This document shows, in pieces, positions 28,614 to 40,940 of a DNA stretch of 64,000 bases. The position numbers and the translations under genes are program-made. Under the pieces are notes generated by a model, which saw only the letters and a program-made list of their open reading frames with translations, was not told where the DNA came from and searched no databases. Source of the DNA: Verrucomicrobiota bacterium (GTDB lineage Bacteria > Verrucomicrobiota > Verrucomicrobiia > Limisphaerales > AAA164-E04); contig CP170459.1 of the NCBI GenBank assembly GCA_047947115.1, forward strand, positions 4,480,001 through 4,544,000, read 5' to 3'. How positions within the stretch are numbered: the first letter of the stretch is position 1; each line of letters opens with the position of its first letter.

Positions 28614-29957
28614 GTGAAACGAAACATTCAAAACCATTTCAATACATTCATCCTGTTGAGGTTAACAATTCTATTCCCTCTCAACGGATCCGCGGCATTG
28701 AATATGACGGAGGCTTTTGATTTTCTCTCAACCCAAAACCCAACCATTCAGGAAGCCGTCCACCGCATAGAAGCCTCAAAGGCTCAGCTGCAAGCTGCAA
28801 AATCAGCCTATAAGCCGAATTGGACTCTCAGGTCATCCTACATGGGTTCGGACAACCCCATCCAAGTTTTTGGAGCCATCCTCAACCAGAGCGCATTCAC
28901 CCCTGGATTGGATTTCAACAACGTCCCCACGGTGGACAATCTAAATCTTCAAAGCATGTTGACCTATCCAGTATTTACAGGAGGCCGGCGGAGAGCAAAT
29001 CTTGCGGCGGCACAATCCCATCAGCGGGCAGCTGAATGGGCCAGTCAAGCTGTCGAACAGCAACTGCAGTTGAGCGTCACAGAAGTGATGATGGATGTCA
29101 TCAAAGCTCGGTCTCTGGTCCAAACAGCAGGTCAGGCGGTTCAATCAATGGAATCCAATCTCAAGTTGACCCAGCGAAGAAAGGAAGTCGGGACCGCATT
29201 GGAGCAAGATGTGTTGGATGTACAAGTCAAACTTTCGGATGCAAGGGTGGCGGACCTTCAAGCCCAAAACATGTTAAACCTGACCATGGCTTCCCTGCGT
29301 ATGCTCCTGGCCTGGCCGGAGGACCAAGCCCTGGAGGTGGCCGAAAAGATAGAAGAAATCGTTTCACCCGACGCGAACAGGTCCATACAACGAGCCGAGA
29401 GACTCGCGGCACAGGCTCAAACAAACTCAGCCAGGAAACAATTTCAAGCCACAAAGGCCGAAACCCGACCAAAGGTCCAACTATTCGGAAGCTACGACGC
29501 CAATCATGGTTGGAAAACGGGAGAATCTCTGGGCAGTTGGACAGCGGGGATCGCCATGGAATGGTCTTTGTGGAGCGGCGGCATCAACAAAGCGAAAAGA
29601 GACAAAGCTCTGTCTGACATGCGGGCCTCGGAATCCAGGGAGGAAACGCTGCGTTTACAGCATCAATTTGAAATTCAAAAAGCGAAACTGGAATTGGCGG
29701 AAGCGCGCTTACGATCGAAAATGGCGCAAGAAACAGTCCATTTGGCAGAAGAAAGTCTTCGATTGACACGAAACAGATTTGAACAAGGTCTGGGTATCGT
29801 CAACCAATTACTTGATGCGGAAACCGCCCACACCAAAGCCAAAATGGATGCCACACATGCAAAAATTGAAACAGAACTAGCCACCGCACGTCTACGCCAC
29901 GCCCTCGGTCTACCCATCCTGGAAACAACTCCCAACATCACTTCAGAAGATGAATAA
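28614..29957 (+). CDS. TolC family outer-membrane factor of an RND efflux system
   Basis: OEP repeats (YPVFTGG, WSLWSGG), first gene of a tripartite operon. Confidence 0.88.
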   Translation: MKRNIQNHFNTFILLRLTILFPLNGSAALNMTEAFDFLSTQNPTIQEAVHRIEASKAQLQAAKSAYKPNWTLRSSYMGSDNPIQVFGAILNQSAFTPGLDFNNVPTVDNLNLQSMLTYPVFTGGRRRANLAAAQSHQRAAEWASQAVEQQLQLSVTEVMMDVIKARSLVQTAGQAVQSMESNLKLTQRRKEVGTALEQDVLDVQVKLSDARVADLQAQNMLNLTMASLRMLLAWPEDQALEVAEKIEEIVSPDANRSIQRAERLAAQAQTNSARKQFQATKAETRPKVQLFGSYDANHGWKTGESLGSWTAGIAMEWSLWSGGINKAKRDKALSDMRASESREETLRLQHQFEIQKAKLELAEARLRSKMAQETVHLAEESLRLTRNRFEQGLGIVNQLLDAETAHTKAKMDATHAKIETELATARLRHALGLPILETTPNITSEDE

Positions 29958-31191
29958 CACCCCTAAAAATAAAAGCAGTCTTCCAAAAGCCCCCTTCCGC
30001 GTTCACCCGGAACTTTTCAAGGCAGATTGCGTCGTTTCGACGTGCAACCCTTGTGGCTCGCGCCCCCTGCATCTGCCCCCCCAAAGTGACCGCACCAGTC
30101 AGCCATCGACAGGCGTCCGCATGACTGACGCTCGCGGGCGGATCGAAGCAACCCGATCCCCCCACCTGCTGATCGCATTTGCCTCGTTTCTACTTGGCAT
30201 ACTCACAGCCTGCCATTCCGAGAAAGACACCTCGCCGCAAGCGAATAAAGCCCTACTCTCCCCCATCCCCGTGTCCGTCACGGAAATCAAGAAGCAAAGC
30301 ATCACACTGAGCACTGCCCACATGGGAACGGTTCAAACAACCCGACGCGCCATCGTACCATCCAGACTGCATGCCAACATAGACGCTGTCCTGGTCAAAG
30401 TCGGACAAGCCGTCAAACAAGGCGAACGACTGGTCCAATTGGATGACCGAGAGTTGAAAACCGCGGTTGACCAGGCTCGGGCAGAATACGAAAGAGCTCA
30501 AGCCGACTGGAATCGTTATCGGTCCTTGCTGTCAGAAAAATCCGTCACGCAGAGAGAAGCCGATCAAGTCCGATCCATCTTTGAAAGCGCCAAGGCAAAT
30601 CTTGCCGCAGCTGAAACCCGACTCGACCATGCATCAGTCAAAGCCCCCTTCAAAGGCATCATCGAGCAAGTCAACGTAGAACCTGGTGAAGGCATCGGCG
30701 CGGGACAGGCTCTGTTGTCCATCGAAGCTCCGGATCACATGGAAATAACCACACAACTCCCACTGCATGGTGTCGGCAACCTGAAAATCGGGACTCCTTT
30801 AACATTCACCACCACCTCCGGCGGCATTCAGGGAGAAGCAACGATCACTGAGCAGGCAAATGTCGCGGATCCAATGACTCGTACAGTGACCGTCATCCTT
30901 CAGATCCAATCGCCAAAGAACATTCAATCCGGCGACGTCGTCCGTGTCTGGGTGCCTTCCGAACCGATGCAAGGCATTTGGATTCCTTCGGCATCCATCC
31001 AGGTGAAAGGACAGATGGAATATGTCTATTTGGTCCATGATTCCAAAGCAGCCATGCGACTGGTGAAGTCAGGCAGAAAGCAATCAGGCGAGGATCTTGT
31101 CCAAATCACATCAGGCCTGAAGGAAGGTGACATCCTGATCAATTCCCCATCGAAAGCCATGGTCGATGGTCACCCGATCACTCTTCAATGA
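29950..31191 (+). CDS. RND periplasmic adaptor (membrane fusion protein)
   Basis: Lipobox [21 protein letters not shown] and APFKGII lipoyl halves. True start uncertain. Confidence 0.88.
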   Translation: MNNTPKNKSSLPKAPFRVHPELFKADCVVSTCNPCGSRPLHLPPQSDRTSQPSTGVRMTDARGRIEATRSPHLLIAFASFLLGILTACHSEKDTSPQANKALLSPIPVSVTEIKKQSITLSTAHMGTVQTTRRAIVPSRLHANIDAVLVKVGQAVKQGERLVQLDDRELKTAVDQARAEYERAQADWNRYRSLLSEKSVTQREADQVRSIFESAKANLAAAETRLDHASVKAPFKGIIEQVNVEPGEGIGAGQALLSIEAPDHMEITTQLPLHGVGNLKIGTPLTFTTTSGGIQGEATITEQANVADPMTRTVTVILQIQSPKNIQSGDVVRVWVPSEPMQGIWIPSASIQVKGQMEYVYLVHDSKAAMRLVKSGRKQSGEDLVQITSGLKEGDILINSPSKAMVDGHPITLQ

Positions 31192-31216
31192 ACCATCGAA
31201 TCTACCCGACCAAACC

Positions 31217-34200
31217 ATGAGTCAACCACTGAAAAACGATCCCTCCCCCCAGGAACATTCCCTTGGACTGGCCGGGCGCATGGCGCAGGCTTTCATTGAT
31301 TCGAAGCTCACGCCATTGATCATCCTGACTTCGATTCTGCTGGGATTGGCGGCCATTGTCCTGCTGCCTCGTGAAGAAGAACCTCAAATCATCGTTCCCA
31401 TGGTGGATGTCATGGTATCCATGCCCGGATTCAGCGCCCGGGAAGTGGAACAACGCGCCACACGCCCGATGGAGAAGCTCCTTTGGGAAATCCCCGGAGT
31501 GGAATACATCTACTCCACCAGCCAACACGGTCAGAGTCTGGTTATTGTGCGGTTCAAGGTCGGAGAAGACATCGAGGATTCCCTGGTCAAACTCAATCAA
31601 AAACTGCAATCGAATTTTGACCGTATTCCACCCGGCGTTCGGCATCCCCTGATCAAACCGCGCTCCATCGACGATGTCCCCATTCTGGCGCTGACTTTGC
31701 ATGGAGGGAATTACGATCACGAGGCCCTGCGGCGTGTGGCTTCACAACTCGAGGAGCACATCAAGCAAGCCCCTCAGGTGGGAGAAACCACATTGATAGG
31801 CGGCGCCAAAAGAACGATTCGCATCCTGATCGACCCCGCAGAACTTGAAGCACGCGGTTTGACGCTCGCAGACTTGCCGCCTGCCATTCAAGTCGCCAAC
31901 CAACAGGAACTCCACGGAGAACTCACCCCAAACCTTTCGGCCACGCTTGTTGAAACAGGTGGCTTTCTAAATTCACTCACTGACGTGGAGTCCATCTTGC
32001 TTGGCGTCCATGAATCCATCCCCATTTACCTCCGTGATGTGGCCAGCATTGAAGATACCGGAGAAGAACCAAGCCAATACGTTTTCTTCGGCCATGGAAA
32101 AGCATCCGGGCAGCAGGAAGGCGAATTTCCTGCCGTCACCATCAGCATCGCAAAGCAACCGGGCGCCAACGCCATCACCGTGGCTGAGGACGTTCTCAAG
32201 CGCGTGGAATCATTGAAAGGCCACATCCTTCCGTCCGATCTTGAATGGACCATCACTCGTCACTACGGAGAAACCGCTGCAGAAAAATCCAACGAATTGC
32301 TGTTCCACATGGGTATTGCTGTGGTGAGTGTTTCCCTGTTGATCCTTTTCGCACTTGGCAAACGGGAATCACTGATCGTTGCCATCGCCATTCCGTCCAC
32401 TCTCGCGCTGACTTTGCTGGTCTTCTACCTCTATGGCTATACTCTCAACCGCATCACTCTCTTTGCCCTGATTTTTTCCATTGGCATTTTGGTGGACGAC
32501 GCGATCGTGGTGGTAGAAAACATCGTTCGCCATCGCCACCTCAAGGGAAACAATCGACGCTCCCTGATGCAGATTGCCGTGGAAGCTGTCGGCGAAGTGG
32601 GTAACCCGACTATTCTGGCAACCTTTGCAGTGATCTTCGCAGGACTGCCCATGGCTTTTGTCGGAGGTTTGATGGGACCTTACATGCGCCCGATTCCGGT
32701 TGGCGCAGGAGCTGCCATGTTTTTCTCCCTCCTGATCGCCTTCATCGTGACACCCTGGGCGGCGGTCAGGGTGTTGGGCAAATCCCATGCAGCCCATTCC
32801 CCCTCCCCGCATGATGGGTCGCACGCGAAAGAAGATTTCCTGACTCGCATGTATCGGGCCTTCATGAACCCGCTTATTGAGAAAGCTCCTTGGAGATGGG
32901 CATTTCTGGTGCTGATCACCGGGATGCTACTGGCTTCCATGGCGCTTGTCGGCATCGGCTGGGTGCAGGTCAAGATGCTGCCGTTTGACAACAAGAGCGA
33001 ATTGCAAGTGATTCTAAACATGCCGGAAGGCAGCACACTTGAGCACACGGCAAACGTCACGCTCGAAATGGCCGAAGCCATCCGTGAGGTGCCGGAAGTC
33101 AACGATTACCAAACCTACATCGGCACAGCCGCTCCCTTCAACTTCAATGGCCTCGTGCGACACTATTTTCTTCGGACAGGTTCTCACACGGCGGACATCC
33201 AGATAAACCTCGTGAACAAACACGATCGCAAGGCCCAAAGCCATGACATTGCCAAACGCATACGGAATCTGATCGCTCCCATCGCCCAGCAATACGATGT
33301 CAGTCTCACGGTGGCGGAAGTACCGCCAGGCCCACCGGTCCTTCAGACCCTTGTTGCGGAGATCTATGGTCCGGACGAAGACACTCGACGTCTCCTCGCC
33401 CGGCAAGTCAAAGACATATTCGAAAGCACGGACGGCGTTGTCGACGTTGACTGGTATGTGGAAGCCGATCAAACGAAACTAACTTTTGAAGTCGACAAAG
33501 AAAAAGCCGCACTGCACGGATTGACCGTTTCAGACATCGAACAAACCCTGCAAACAGCGATATCCGGAACTCCCGCAGGATTGCTTCACGATCCAGCTTC
33601 CAGAGAGTCTGTCAACCTGCTGCTGGAAATTCCGGATGCATACACCACCTCCATCGAAGACCTCGGAGCCATCAAAATTCGTTCCCGGTTCCATGCGTCC
33701 GTGGGCAAGGAACCAGTGCTGGTCCCCTTGGCCGAACTGGTCACCATCCGCACCACCACCGCCGATAAAAGCATCTACCACAAAAACATGATGCCCGTAA
33801 CTTATGTAACAGCGGATGTGGCCGGAGCTATTGAAAGTCCCGTCTATGCCATCTTTGAGATCAATCAGGCATTAAGAAAATTAAACGTGCAACAACCCAC
33901 CGCAGGACAAGACGCAACCCTCCGCATCCTGAATGCCTCCATGCCCGAAACCGATGTCACCCCTTCAATGAAATGGGACGGCGAATGGCACATCACTCTG
34001 GAAGTCTTCCGTGATCTGGGGCTCGCCTTTGCTGCTGTGCTGGTGTTGATCTACGTCCTGATGGTCGGCTGGTTCAAATCCTTCCTCACCCCGCTCATCG
34101 TCATGATCGCCATCCCCTTTTCCCTTGTCGGCATCATGCCCGCGCATGGCTTCATGGGTGCTTTTTTCAGCGCTACGTCCATGATCGGATTCATGGCCGG

Positions 34201-34480
34201 AGGCGGCATCGTTGTGCGTAACTCCATCATCCTGGTCGATTTCATCGAACAACGCATCCGGGAAGGCATGCCCATCGCCAAGGCAGTCGTGGACGCCGGA
34301 GCTGTTCGCTTCCGTCCCATGATGCTGACGGCCATGGCGGTGGTTGTGGGCGCAGGAGTGATCCTGTTCGACCCGATCTTCCAGGGATTGGCCATCACTT
34401 TAATGGCAGGAGAAATCGCCTCCCTCTTCATCAGCCGCATGGCAGTGCCGGTGCTCTATTACATGGCGAATAAATCGTAA
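31217..34480 (+). CDS. RND efflux permease (AcrB/CusA superfamily)
   Basis: [36 protein letters not shown] and VRFRPMMLT motifs. Confidence 0.95.
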   Translation: MSQPLKNDPSPQEHSLGLAGRMAQAFIDSKLTPLIILTSILLGLAAIVLLPREEEPQIIVPMVDVMVSMPGFSAREVEQRATRPMEKLLWEIPGVEYIYSTSQHGQSLVIVRFKVGEDIEDSLVKLNQKLQSNFDRIPPGVRHPLIKPRSIDDVPILALTLHGGNYDHEALRRVASQLEEHIKQAPQVGETTLIGGAKRTIRILIDPAELEARGLTLADLPPAIQVANQQELHGELTPNLSATLVETGGFLNSLTDVESILLGVHESIPIYLRDVASIEDTGEEPSQYVFFGHGKASGQQEGEFPAVTISIAKQPGANAITVAEDVLKRVESLKGHILPSDLEWTITRHYGETAAEKSNELLFHMGIAVVSVSLLILFALGKRESLIVAIAIPSTLALTLLVFYLYGYTLNRITLFALIFSIGILVDDAIVVVENIVRHRHLKGNNRRSLMQIAVEAVGEVGNPTILATFAVIFAGLPMAFVGGLMGPYMRPIPVGAGAAMFFSLLIAFIVTPWAAVRVLGKSHAAHSPSPHDGSHAKEDFLTRMYRAFMNPLIEKAPWRWAFLVLITGMLLASMALVGIGWVQVKMLPFDNKSELQVILNMPEGSTLEHTANVTLEMAEAIREVPEVNDYQTYIGTAAPFNFNGLVRHYFLRTGSHTADIQINLVNKHDRKAQSHDIAKRIRNLIAPIAQQYDVSLTVAEVPPGPPVLQTLVAEIYGPDEDTRRLLARQVKDIFESTDGVVDVDWYVEADQTKLTFEVDKEKAALHGLTVSDIEQTLQTAISGTPAGLLHDPASRESVNLLLEIPDAYTTSIEDLGAIKIRSRFHASVGKEPVLVPLAELVTIRTTTADKSIYHKNMMPVTYVTADVAGAIESPVYAIFEINQALRKLNVQQPTAGQDATLRILNASMPETDVTPSMKWDGEWHITLEVFRDLGLAFAAVLVLIYVLMVGWFKSFLTPLIVMIAIPFSLVGIMPAHGFMGAFFSATSMIGFMAGGGIVVRNSIILVDFIEQRIREGMPIAKAVVDAGAVRFRPMMLTAMAVVVGAGVILFDPIFQGLAITLMAGEIASLFISRMAVPVLYYMANKS

Positions 34481-34557
34481 CCCTCCCCACTTTCAAACTG
34501 ATTTAAGATCGCCACTATACATTGCTTGTTTCACGTCTTGAGATTAGGATCTCTGGC

Positions 34558-36446
34558 ATGATCAGGATGGGTTCAATTCTACGACTGGCATGCTTGTCAG
34601 CTTGGTGCAGCACCTCAACGCTGCCACAAATCTTTTCACCTTCTGTCGTGATCAATGAGCTGCACTATGATGATGTCCCCAAGACATCACGCGGCGAATT
34701 TGTCGAGTTGTTCAACGCGGGCACGCTGACTGTGGATCTGTCCGAATGGCGTCTTGCTGGTGTCGGCAATTATTCGTTCCCAGCAGGCACGAATTTGGAA
34801 CCCGGTCAATTTTTGGTCGTGGCGGAAGATTCCCGGACCTTGAGAACCAAATACAGGATCCGCACTACGCATCAATACACTGGCGGATTGGACAATGATG
34901 GCGACAATCTCCGACTGTTTGATTCAGAAGGCAATCTGGTCGATCAAGTCGAGTATCAATCCGGCTATCCATGGCCGACAGCGGCTCGAGGCAAGGGTGT
35001 CTCTATGGAATTGCTGAACCCCTCACTCGACAACAATCTGGGAGGATCCTGGCGATCATCCGAAACACCGACTCCTGGCACCCAAAACACAGTTCTCACC
35101 CTGAATATTCCACCGCAAACCAGGCAGGTTAACCACCGACCACTGCAACCTTCGTCAGGAGAAGATGTCCATATCACAGTCAAAGTCACGGATCCAGACG
35201 GAGTCAAGCAAGTCACTTTAAGTTACCAATTGGTTGAACCCGGCCAATACATTCGCAAAAGCGACCGTTCCTATGAAAGCCAATGGACCGAAATCCCCAT
35301 GCATGACACCGGTGAGGATGGAGATGCAATGGCCGCCGACGCTGTTTATCATGTCAAACTACCTGCGTCACTGCATCGTCACCGCCTTTTGGTTCGTTAT
35401 CGCATTACCGCCGAGGATACACGGGGAAATTGGGTGACTATTCCTTATGCGGATGATGAGAGCCCCAATTTTGCCTATTTCGTGTATGACGGAGTACCTG
35501 CCTGGTCGGGTAGCTTGAGGCCGAGAGTTTCGCCAGGATTGGATTTTTCACAGGACATGATGGCTCAATCCATGCCTGTTTACCATCTCATCGCACGCCA
35601 GACCGACGTGGAAAACAGCCAATACAACCGCACGTATGACGGTCGTCGAATGTCAGGAACCCTGGTCTATGATGGAATCGTCTATGACCACATCCAGTTC
35701 TACAACCGAGGAGAAGCTTCGACCTATGTCAGCGGAAAAAACAAATGGCGATTCAAATTCAATTCCACACACGATTTTGCCAGTCGTGACAACTACGGAC
35801 AAAGATACCGAGCCAATTGGAAAACCCTCAATCTCAATGCCTGCGCATCACCCTGGGTGGCCTCCAACCGGGGCATGGCTGGATTGGACGAAGCAGTTCC
35901 ACACCGGCTCTACCAACTGGCAGGGGTAACCAGTTCAAACACGCACTGGATCCAGTTTCGCATCATCGACAATGAAGAAGAAGCACCCCCCGATCAATAC
36001 GAAGGAGACCTGTTGGGCCTATACCTGGCCATTGAACATCCGGACAGCCGTTTCCTGGAAGAGCGTCGTCTGCCGGATCGCAGCACCTACGAAATCGCCA
36101 GCAACCAAGGCAATAAGAAAAACCAGGGACCGGATCAACCTCTTGATCAATCAGACTGGGACACCTTTTGGAGCCTAAGCAATCGGCTCAACACCGTCGA
36201 ATGGTGGCAATCAAACTTTGATCTCCGCAGTTTCTACGGCTTTCGGGCCATCAATCGAGCCACCGGTAATGTCGATCTACGTGACGGAGCCAACTATTAC
36301 ATGTTTCAACACGCCAATGAACAATGGACTCCCCTACCCTGGGACCTGGACATGATGTATGCGCCGATCAAACACGTATGGAGTGGTGTTATCCGAGCCG
36401 ATCGTTGCCTGGATCACGAAGCCATCCGCATCGGTTTACAAAACCG
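34558..36446 (+). pseudogene. N-terminal part of a lamin-tail-domain/CotH-kinase protein, interrupted by the integrative element
   Basis: VVINELHY...EFVELFN (LTD), GKNKWRFKF and PLPWDLD (CotH). The track ORF runs on to 36576 into element DNA; the matching C-terminal part resumes at 58838. Confidence 0.88.
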
Positions 36447-36456
36447 GTGCTCTACC
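36432..36456 (-). repeat. Left att junction: core CGGTTTACAAAACCG plus D-loop/anticodon-arm fragment of tRNA-Thr(UGU)
   Basis: Reverse complement is GGTAGAGCACCGGTTTTGTAAACCG (anticodon TGT in a 7-nt loop). Confidence 0.9.
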
Positions 36457-36585
36457 CGATGCGAGATTTTACATAAGTCATTCAAAAAGATGCAAACAAC
36501 ACAAATACAGCATTTAAAGCTCTGGATACATGTCGCAAGGTTTGCGAACATGAACGAACGCAAACGCAATTATTGACACTTTTAA

Positions 36586-36604
36586 CGTCAATACAATGTC
36601 AATG
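36586..36604 (+). repeat. Putative integrase arm-type site (tandem GTCAAT), left copy
   Basis: CGTCAATACAATGTCAATG, 17/19 identical to 58741-58759. An inverted ATTGAC lies at 36572-36577. Confidence 0.65.
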
Positions 36605-36687
36605 GAATAAGGCCCTTTCAGCCGGCAACCATGGCTGGTTATAGGGTTGTTTGGGCTATTTCGCTATAGGGTGGGCCAAAAACCGTA

Positions 36688-37131
36688 TCAAGTCACATCA
36701 CACCCAGAGTTTTCGTGAGAGTTCAGAATCGCGGTCACAGAGTTGACCTGAATCAACTTGTTCTGCTGTCCATGTGCCCGAGCCAAGCCTCCAATGACCC
36801 GCTCTGCTCGCTTGGAGAGCATTTCCAGTGCGCGTTCCCGCTTCAGAATGCTATCAATGCGACGCGGTATCGGCATACGACGGATCCAGTGTAGCGTCTC
36901 CATGACATCCGTGGACATGATCCGCTCGTATTCGGTAGGTAGCTGGTTGTCGTCCAGGTCATCGCCACACTGTCGATCCAGTCCCTCAGGGCCATCCCAC
37001 ATGTAGCGGCGCTTCCACTCGCGGACGGTGCCGGGCTTGATGTCCAAAAGAGCGCCTATCTCGTGCGATGATTTTCCTGCTTCAACGAGCTCCTTGGCTT
37101 GTCGTCTTATGTCCAGGGGTAGAGAAGACAT
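36688..37131 (-). CDS. HTH protein resembling terminase small-subunit N-terminal domains
   Basis: RRQAKELVEAGKSSHEIGALLDIKPGTVREWKRRYMW pattern, followed by a helical region. Terminal position in the element. Confidence 0.55.
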   Translation of the reverse strand: MSSLPLDIRRQAKELVEAGKSSHEIGALLDIKPGTVREWKRRYMWDGPEGLDRQCGDDLDDNQLPTEYERIMSTDVMETLHWIRRMPIPRRIDSILKRERALEMLSKRAERVIGGLARAHGQQNKLIQVNSVTAILNSHENSGCDVT

Positions 37132-37272
37132 GCTGAAAGCATATCGAATATTGGATCGAAACTCAACACTGTATCGTTATAGTTTTGAACAATGGTCTAA
37201 GCTCCACTAGCACTGGGAGCAGAAACGGCTCCCCCACACCTTGCGTTCCAGCGTCCCAGAGCTATGCCAGTC

Positions 37273-39680
37273 CTGACCATCCCCACGCGGGTGGGGAGAA
37301 CTCTGTATGCGGGGTGAACTGGCAGGCCCATGTCGGACCATCCCCACGCGGGTGGGGAGAACTATTTGCGCAATTTCGCGCTCCCCCACTTTGCCGGACC
37401 ATCCCCACGCGGGTGGGGAGAACTTTCGAGTGACAAAAGCGCGAAAGCCTAAAGCCGGACCATCCCCACGCGGGTGGGGAGAACTACCAACCAAACCCAG
37501 CGTTTGATTGGCAGCCCGGACCATCCCCACGCGGGTGGGGAGAACAAAAAATCGTTTTCCAGCTTCGCCAATAGCGCCGGACCATCCCCACGCGGGTGGG
37601 GAGAACGAATCATGCCATCGGAAATATCCGCTTTTTTCCGGACCATCCCCACGCGGGTGGGGAGAACGCGCTTTGGACGTTGTCGAATTGGTATCTCCCC
37701 GGACCATCCCCACGCGGGTGGGGAGAACCGCTTAGGAAAGCCTCTTGTGCCTTGGGATCTCGGACCATCCCCACGCGGGTGGGGAGAACGCATTGGCTGG
37801 CGCAGTCTGGCGCTTGTGGCTCGGACCATCCCCACGCGGGTGGGGAGAACTCAAGACCAAAATCCAAAACAAGCTTGACCTCCGGACCATCCCCACGCGG
37901 GTGGGGAGAACGCGCTTTGGACGTTGTCGAATTGGTATCTCCCCGGACCATCCCCACGCGGGTGGGGAGAACACAAATAACATCCGTAATCATAGCGCAA
38001 TGGCCGGACCATCCCCACGCGGGTGGGGAGAACAAAGGCGCGGCTCACCACTGCGCTCCTCAATGCGGACCATCCCCACGCGGGTGGGGAGAACTCAAGG
38101 GCATCCTTGTCTGCTTCACCCATGTTCGGACCATCCCCACGCGGGTGGGGAGAACTCAAGGGCATCCTTGTCTGCTTCACCCATGTTCGGACCATCCCCA
38201 CGCGGGTGGGGAGAACTTTTTCCGGTGGTATCAACGCGCATACGGCGGCGGACCATCCCCACGCGGGTGGGGAGAACCAATCAGTTTGCTGCCAGCGATA
38301 GCTTTTGTGCGGACCATCCCCACGCGGGTGGGGAGAACCACGGCACCTGCACTGTATTTCAATGGAACGTCGGACCATCCCCACGCGGGTGGGGAGAACT
38401 GTATGGCAGCGTAAGAGGCTGCATTCCTGAGCGGACCATCCCCACGCGGGTGGGGAGAACAAGTCCGCAGTGCGAGTTGGTGACGACATCCTCGGACCAT
38501 CCCCACGCGGGTGGGGAGAACATTGGTCCGGTTGGTGACCTCCGGGATGATAACGGACCATCCCCACGCGGGTGGGGAGAACGCGTTCGCTCGTTTAGTT
38601 TCAACCAGTTGGCTCGGACCATCCCCACGCGGGTGGGGAGAACCTTTTAGAGATTCCGGCAGCGGTGACAAAACCTGGACCATCCCCACGCGGGTGGGGA
38701 GAACAACAAGCGCAACAAGCAACGCCATAAGATTTTCGGACCATCCCCACGCGGGTGGGGAGAACTTGTGGCAATCCTGATAAGATCCTCCGATTGTCGG
38801 ACCATCCCCACGCGGGTGGGGAGAACTGTTTGTCCGGAGCGTTGCAAGGTCACATCATCGGACCATCCCCACGCGGGTGGGGAGAACCTCGTTTGTCTCT
38901 GTCTCTCGATCGGTACATGCGGACCATCCCCACGCGGGTGGGGAGAACCAGCGGGGAACACGTCACCCAAAGCTGGGTCACGGACCATCCCCACGCGGGT
39001 GGGGAGAACGCGATGCAGGGAGTAACCAAGTGCGCGTTGAACGGACCATCCCCACGCGGGTGGGGAGAACCTCGATTTTTGACCGTAGACGTGCAGGCAT
39101 ACCGGACCATCCCCACGCGGGTGGGGAGAACGGAGCATGTGACCAGACCAAATTGCTGAATGACGGACCATCCCCACGCGGGTGGGGAGAACTGCACGCT
39201 GAAGCTGGGCGCCGCGAATAATAACGGACCATCCCCACGCGGGTGGGGAGAACTTCAGCCATTGCGCGAATTCGTCACGCTACGCCGGACCATCCCCACG
39301 CGGGTGGGGAGAACACAGGCGCCAGCCGTTTGCTTTCGTTTCGCCGCGGACCATCCCCACGCGGGTGGGGAGAACAACACTGCAAACCCGCATTGAAGAA
39401 GCAAGCGCGGACCATCCCCACGCGGGTGGGGAGAACTGTTCTGTCTTGCTGATTATGCGCCAGTTGTGCGGACCATCCCCACGCGGGTGGGGAGAACACA
39501 ACCGCATCATAAATCTGCGCAGTGGGTGGCGGACCATCCCCACGCGGGTGGGGAGAACCTCGTCGGCCCATTCGGCGCTTGGTTCGTAGTCGGACCATCC
39601 CCACGCGGGTGGGGAGAACACCCAGCTATCGCCAGGAAGAAAGCCAACGTGCGGACCATCCCCACGCGGGTGGGGAGAAC
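37273..39680 (-). CRISPR. Type I-E CRISPR array: 40 repeats of 29 bp (GTTCTCCCCACCCGCGTGGGGATGGTCCG), 39 spacers of 32 bp
   Basis: Strict 61-bp period. Degenerate trailer repeat at 37273; leader side adjacent to cas2. Confidence 0.99.
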
Positions 39681-39729
39681 TCTGGATTATCAACAGGTTA
39701 GAGGCGAAGAAACGAGCTTTTTCTAGTTT
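39681..39729 (-). promoter_or_regulatory. CRISPR leader with consensus IHF site
   Basis: TATCAACAGGTTA at 39688-39700 matches WATCAANNNNTTR, 7 bp from the first repeat. Confidence 0.75.
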
Positions 39730-40029
39730 TCAGAAGGGGCAATTTTCCCCGTCAACCCAGTCTTCAGCGACCAGTTGAAGGCCGCTCATCAGAGTATCGC
39801 GTCGATCTGGATTACCCCAGCGCTCGATTCGAAAACCCTGAGTATTGGGTTCGGAGGTGATGATAAGAAGGCTCATGCCGGAGGCGTTGCGTTTGACATA
39901 TTCGAGGACCTTATCTCGAGTGCGACGATTCACCGTGCCAACAAACACATTTGGTCTGGGTTCAATAAACCAGCGTTTGAGCATCCCCCGAATGGCGGGT
40001 AGAGTGTCGTTGGCAATGAGAACGGTCAT
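39730..40029 (-). CDS. cas2: Type I-E Cas2
   Basis: [19 protein letters not shown]...QGF pattern, located between cas1 and the array. Confidence 0.93.
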   Translation of the reverse strand: MTVLIANDTLPAIRGMLKRWFIEPRPNVFVGTVNRRTRDKVLEYVKRNASGMSLLIITSEPNTQGFRIERWGNPDRRDTLMSGLQLVAEDWVDGENCPF

Positions 40030-40038
40030 AAACAGAGA

Positions 40039-40926
40039 TCAAGAAATGGCGGACGGCGGACGAGTGTCGGCCTGTTGAGGAGCAGCCTCTTCCGTCTCAA
40101 ACAAACGTGCAAGATCCCTGGGGAGTTGTTGCAGGATGCGTTCCCTTTCGACATGTTGTTTGAGCAGTTTACGGACCAGCTCCCCATCGTCAGACGGGTC
40201 TTGTCGTGAGGCTAAAAAAGCGGCTGGAATACTCGTGCGATGTTTATATAGATCGGCAACGTCGTATATAAAAGGCAAGGTGCCAGCATCGTGAATGAAC
40301 CCAAGACTTGGCAGATAGCCAAGCGATGTCACTACTGCGGCGCATAGGGCGTAGAGGCTTGCATTTGCAGCAGAAAGAGCCCTATTGATGCCATCAGCAA
40401 GATGCCAGTTTCGGCGATCATAATTTCTACCTTTCCATGTGACACCATGTTGTCTACCAAATTCCGAGTAAAGAGCGCGAACACGGAGACCTTCCATGCC
40501 GCGTAATTCCTTGACGGTTTTTCCGGTTACATCAACATCGGGAAAACGCATTTGAAACATCGCCCGGGCAATCCGCGTGCGACGTCTTTTATCTGCCCAC
40601 GTCTCGGCGTGCAGCCGAGGCATGTCATTAGTGTGATTTGGAGCCAAACCAAAGGCGTAGAAACGCATCGACTCTCCCCCTGTCCAACACAATGGTGTGT
40701 TACTTTCCGCGCAAGCCTTAACGGCGGCATGAGTTACTGTCGTACCAGGTCCAAGTAACAATGCAGAAACAGTGGCAACAGGGATCCTACAGAGAGTACG
40801 GTCCGCACCGATCCATTTCACGCTAGAATCATCGACCTCCAAGCGTCCGTGCTCGAGATAAAGCGGCGTCCATCGATCCTTGGCTGGAGCGAGCGTTTCC
40901 AAAGGCGGACGTTCAAATAGAGGCAT
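40039..40926 (-). CDS. cas1: Type I-E Cas1
   Basis: LYLEHGRL, LGPGTTVTHAAV, LRGMEG.RVR, LGFIH and FIYDVADLYK motifs. Confidence 0.96.
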   Translation of the reverse strand: MPLFERPPLETLAPAKDRWTPLYLEHGRLEVDDSSVKWIGADRTLCRIPVATVSALLLGPGTTVTHAAVKACAESNTPLCWTGGESMRFYAFGLAPNHTNDMPRLHAETWADKRRRTRIARAMFQMRFPDVDVTGKTVKELRGMEGLRVRALYSEFGRQHGVTWKGRNYDRRNWHLADGINRALSAANASLYALCAAVVTSLGYLPSLGFIHDAGTLPFIYDVADLYKHRTSIPAAFLASRQDPSDDGELVRKLLKQHVERERILQQLPRDLARLFETEEAAPQQADTRPPSAIS

Positions 40927-40940
40927 CAGTCGGAAACGAT

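Noticed and set aside
36447..36576. C-terminal tail of the 684-aa track ORF (CSTRCEILHK...)
   Set aside because: Run-on into element DNA past the att core; not part of the CotH protein.
39376..39407. Spacer sharing ACTGCAAACCC with the putative origin
   Set aside because: Only 11 nt match, compatible with chance. No full self-targeting spacer was noticed, but an exhaustive search could not be done by eye.
37185..39726. Many overlapping ORFs with repeated [22 protein letters not shown] peptides
   Set aside because: They are translations of the CRISPR repeats, not genes.
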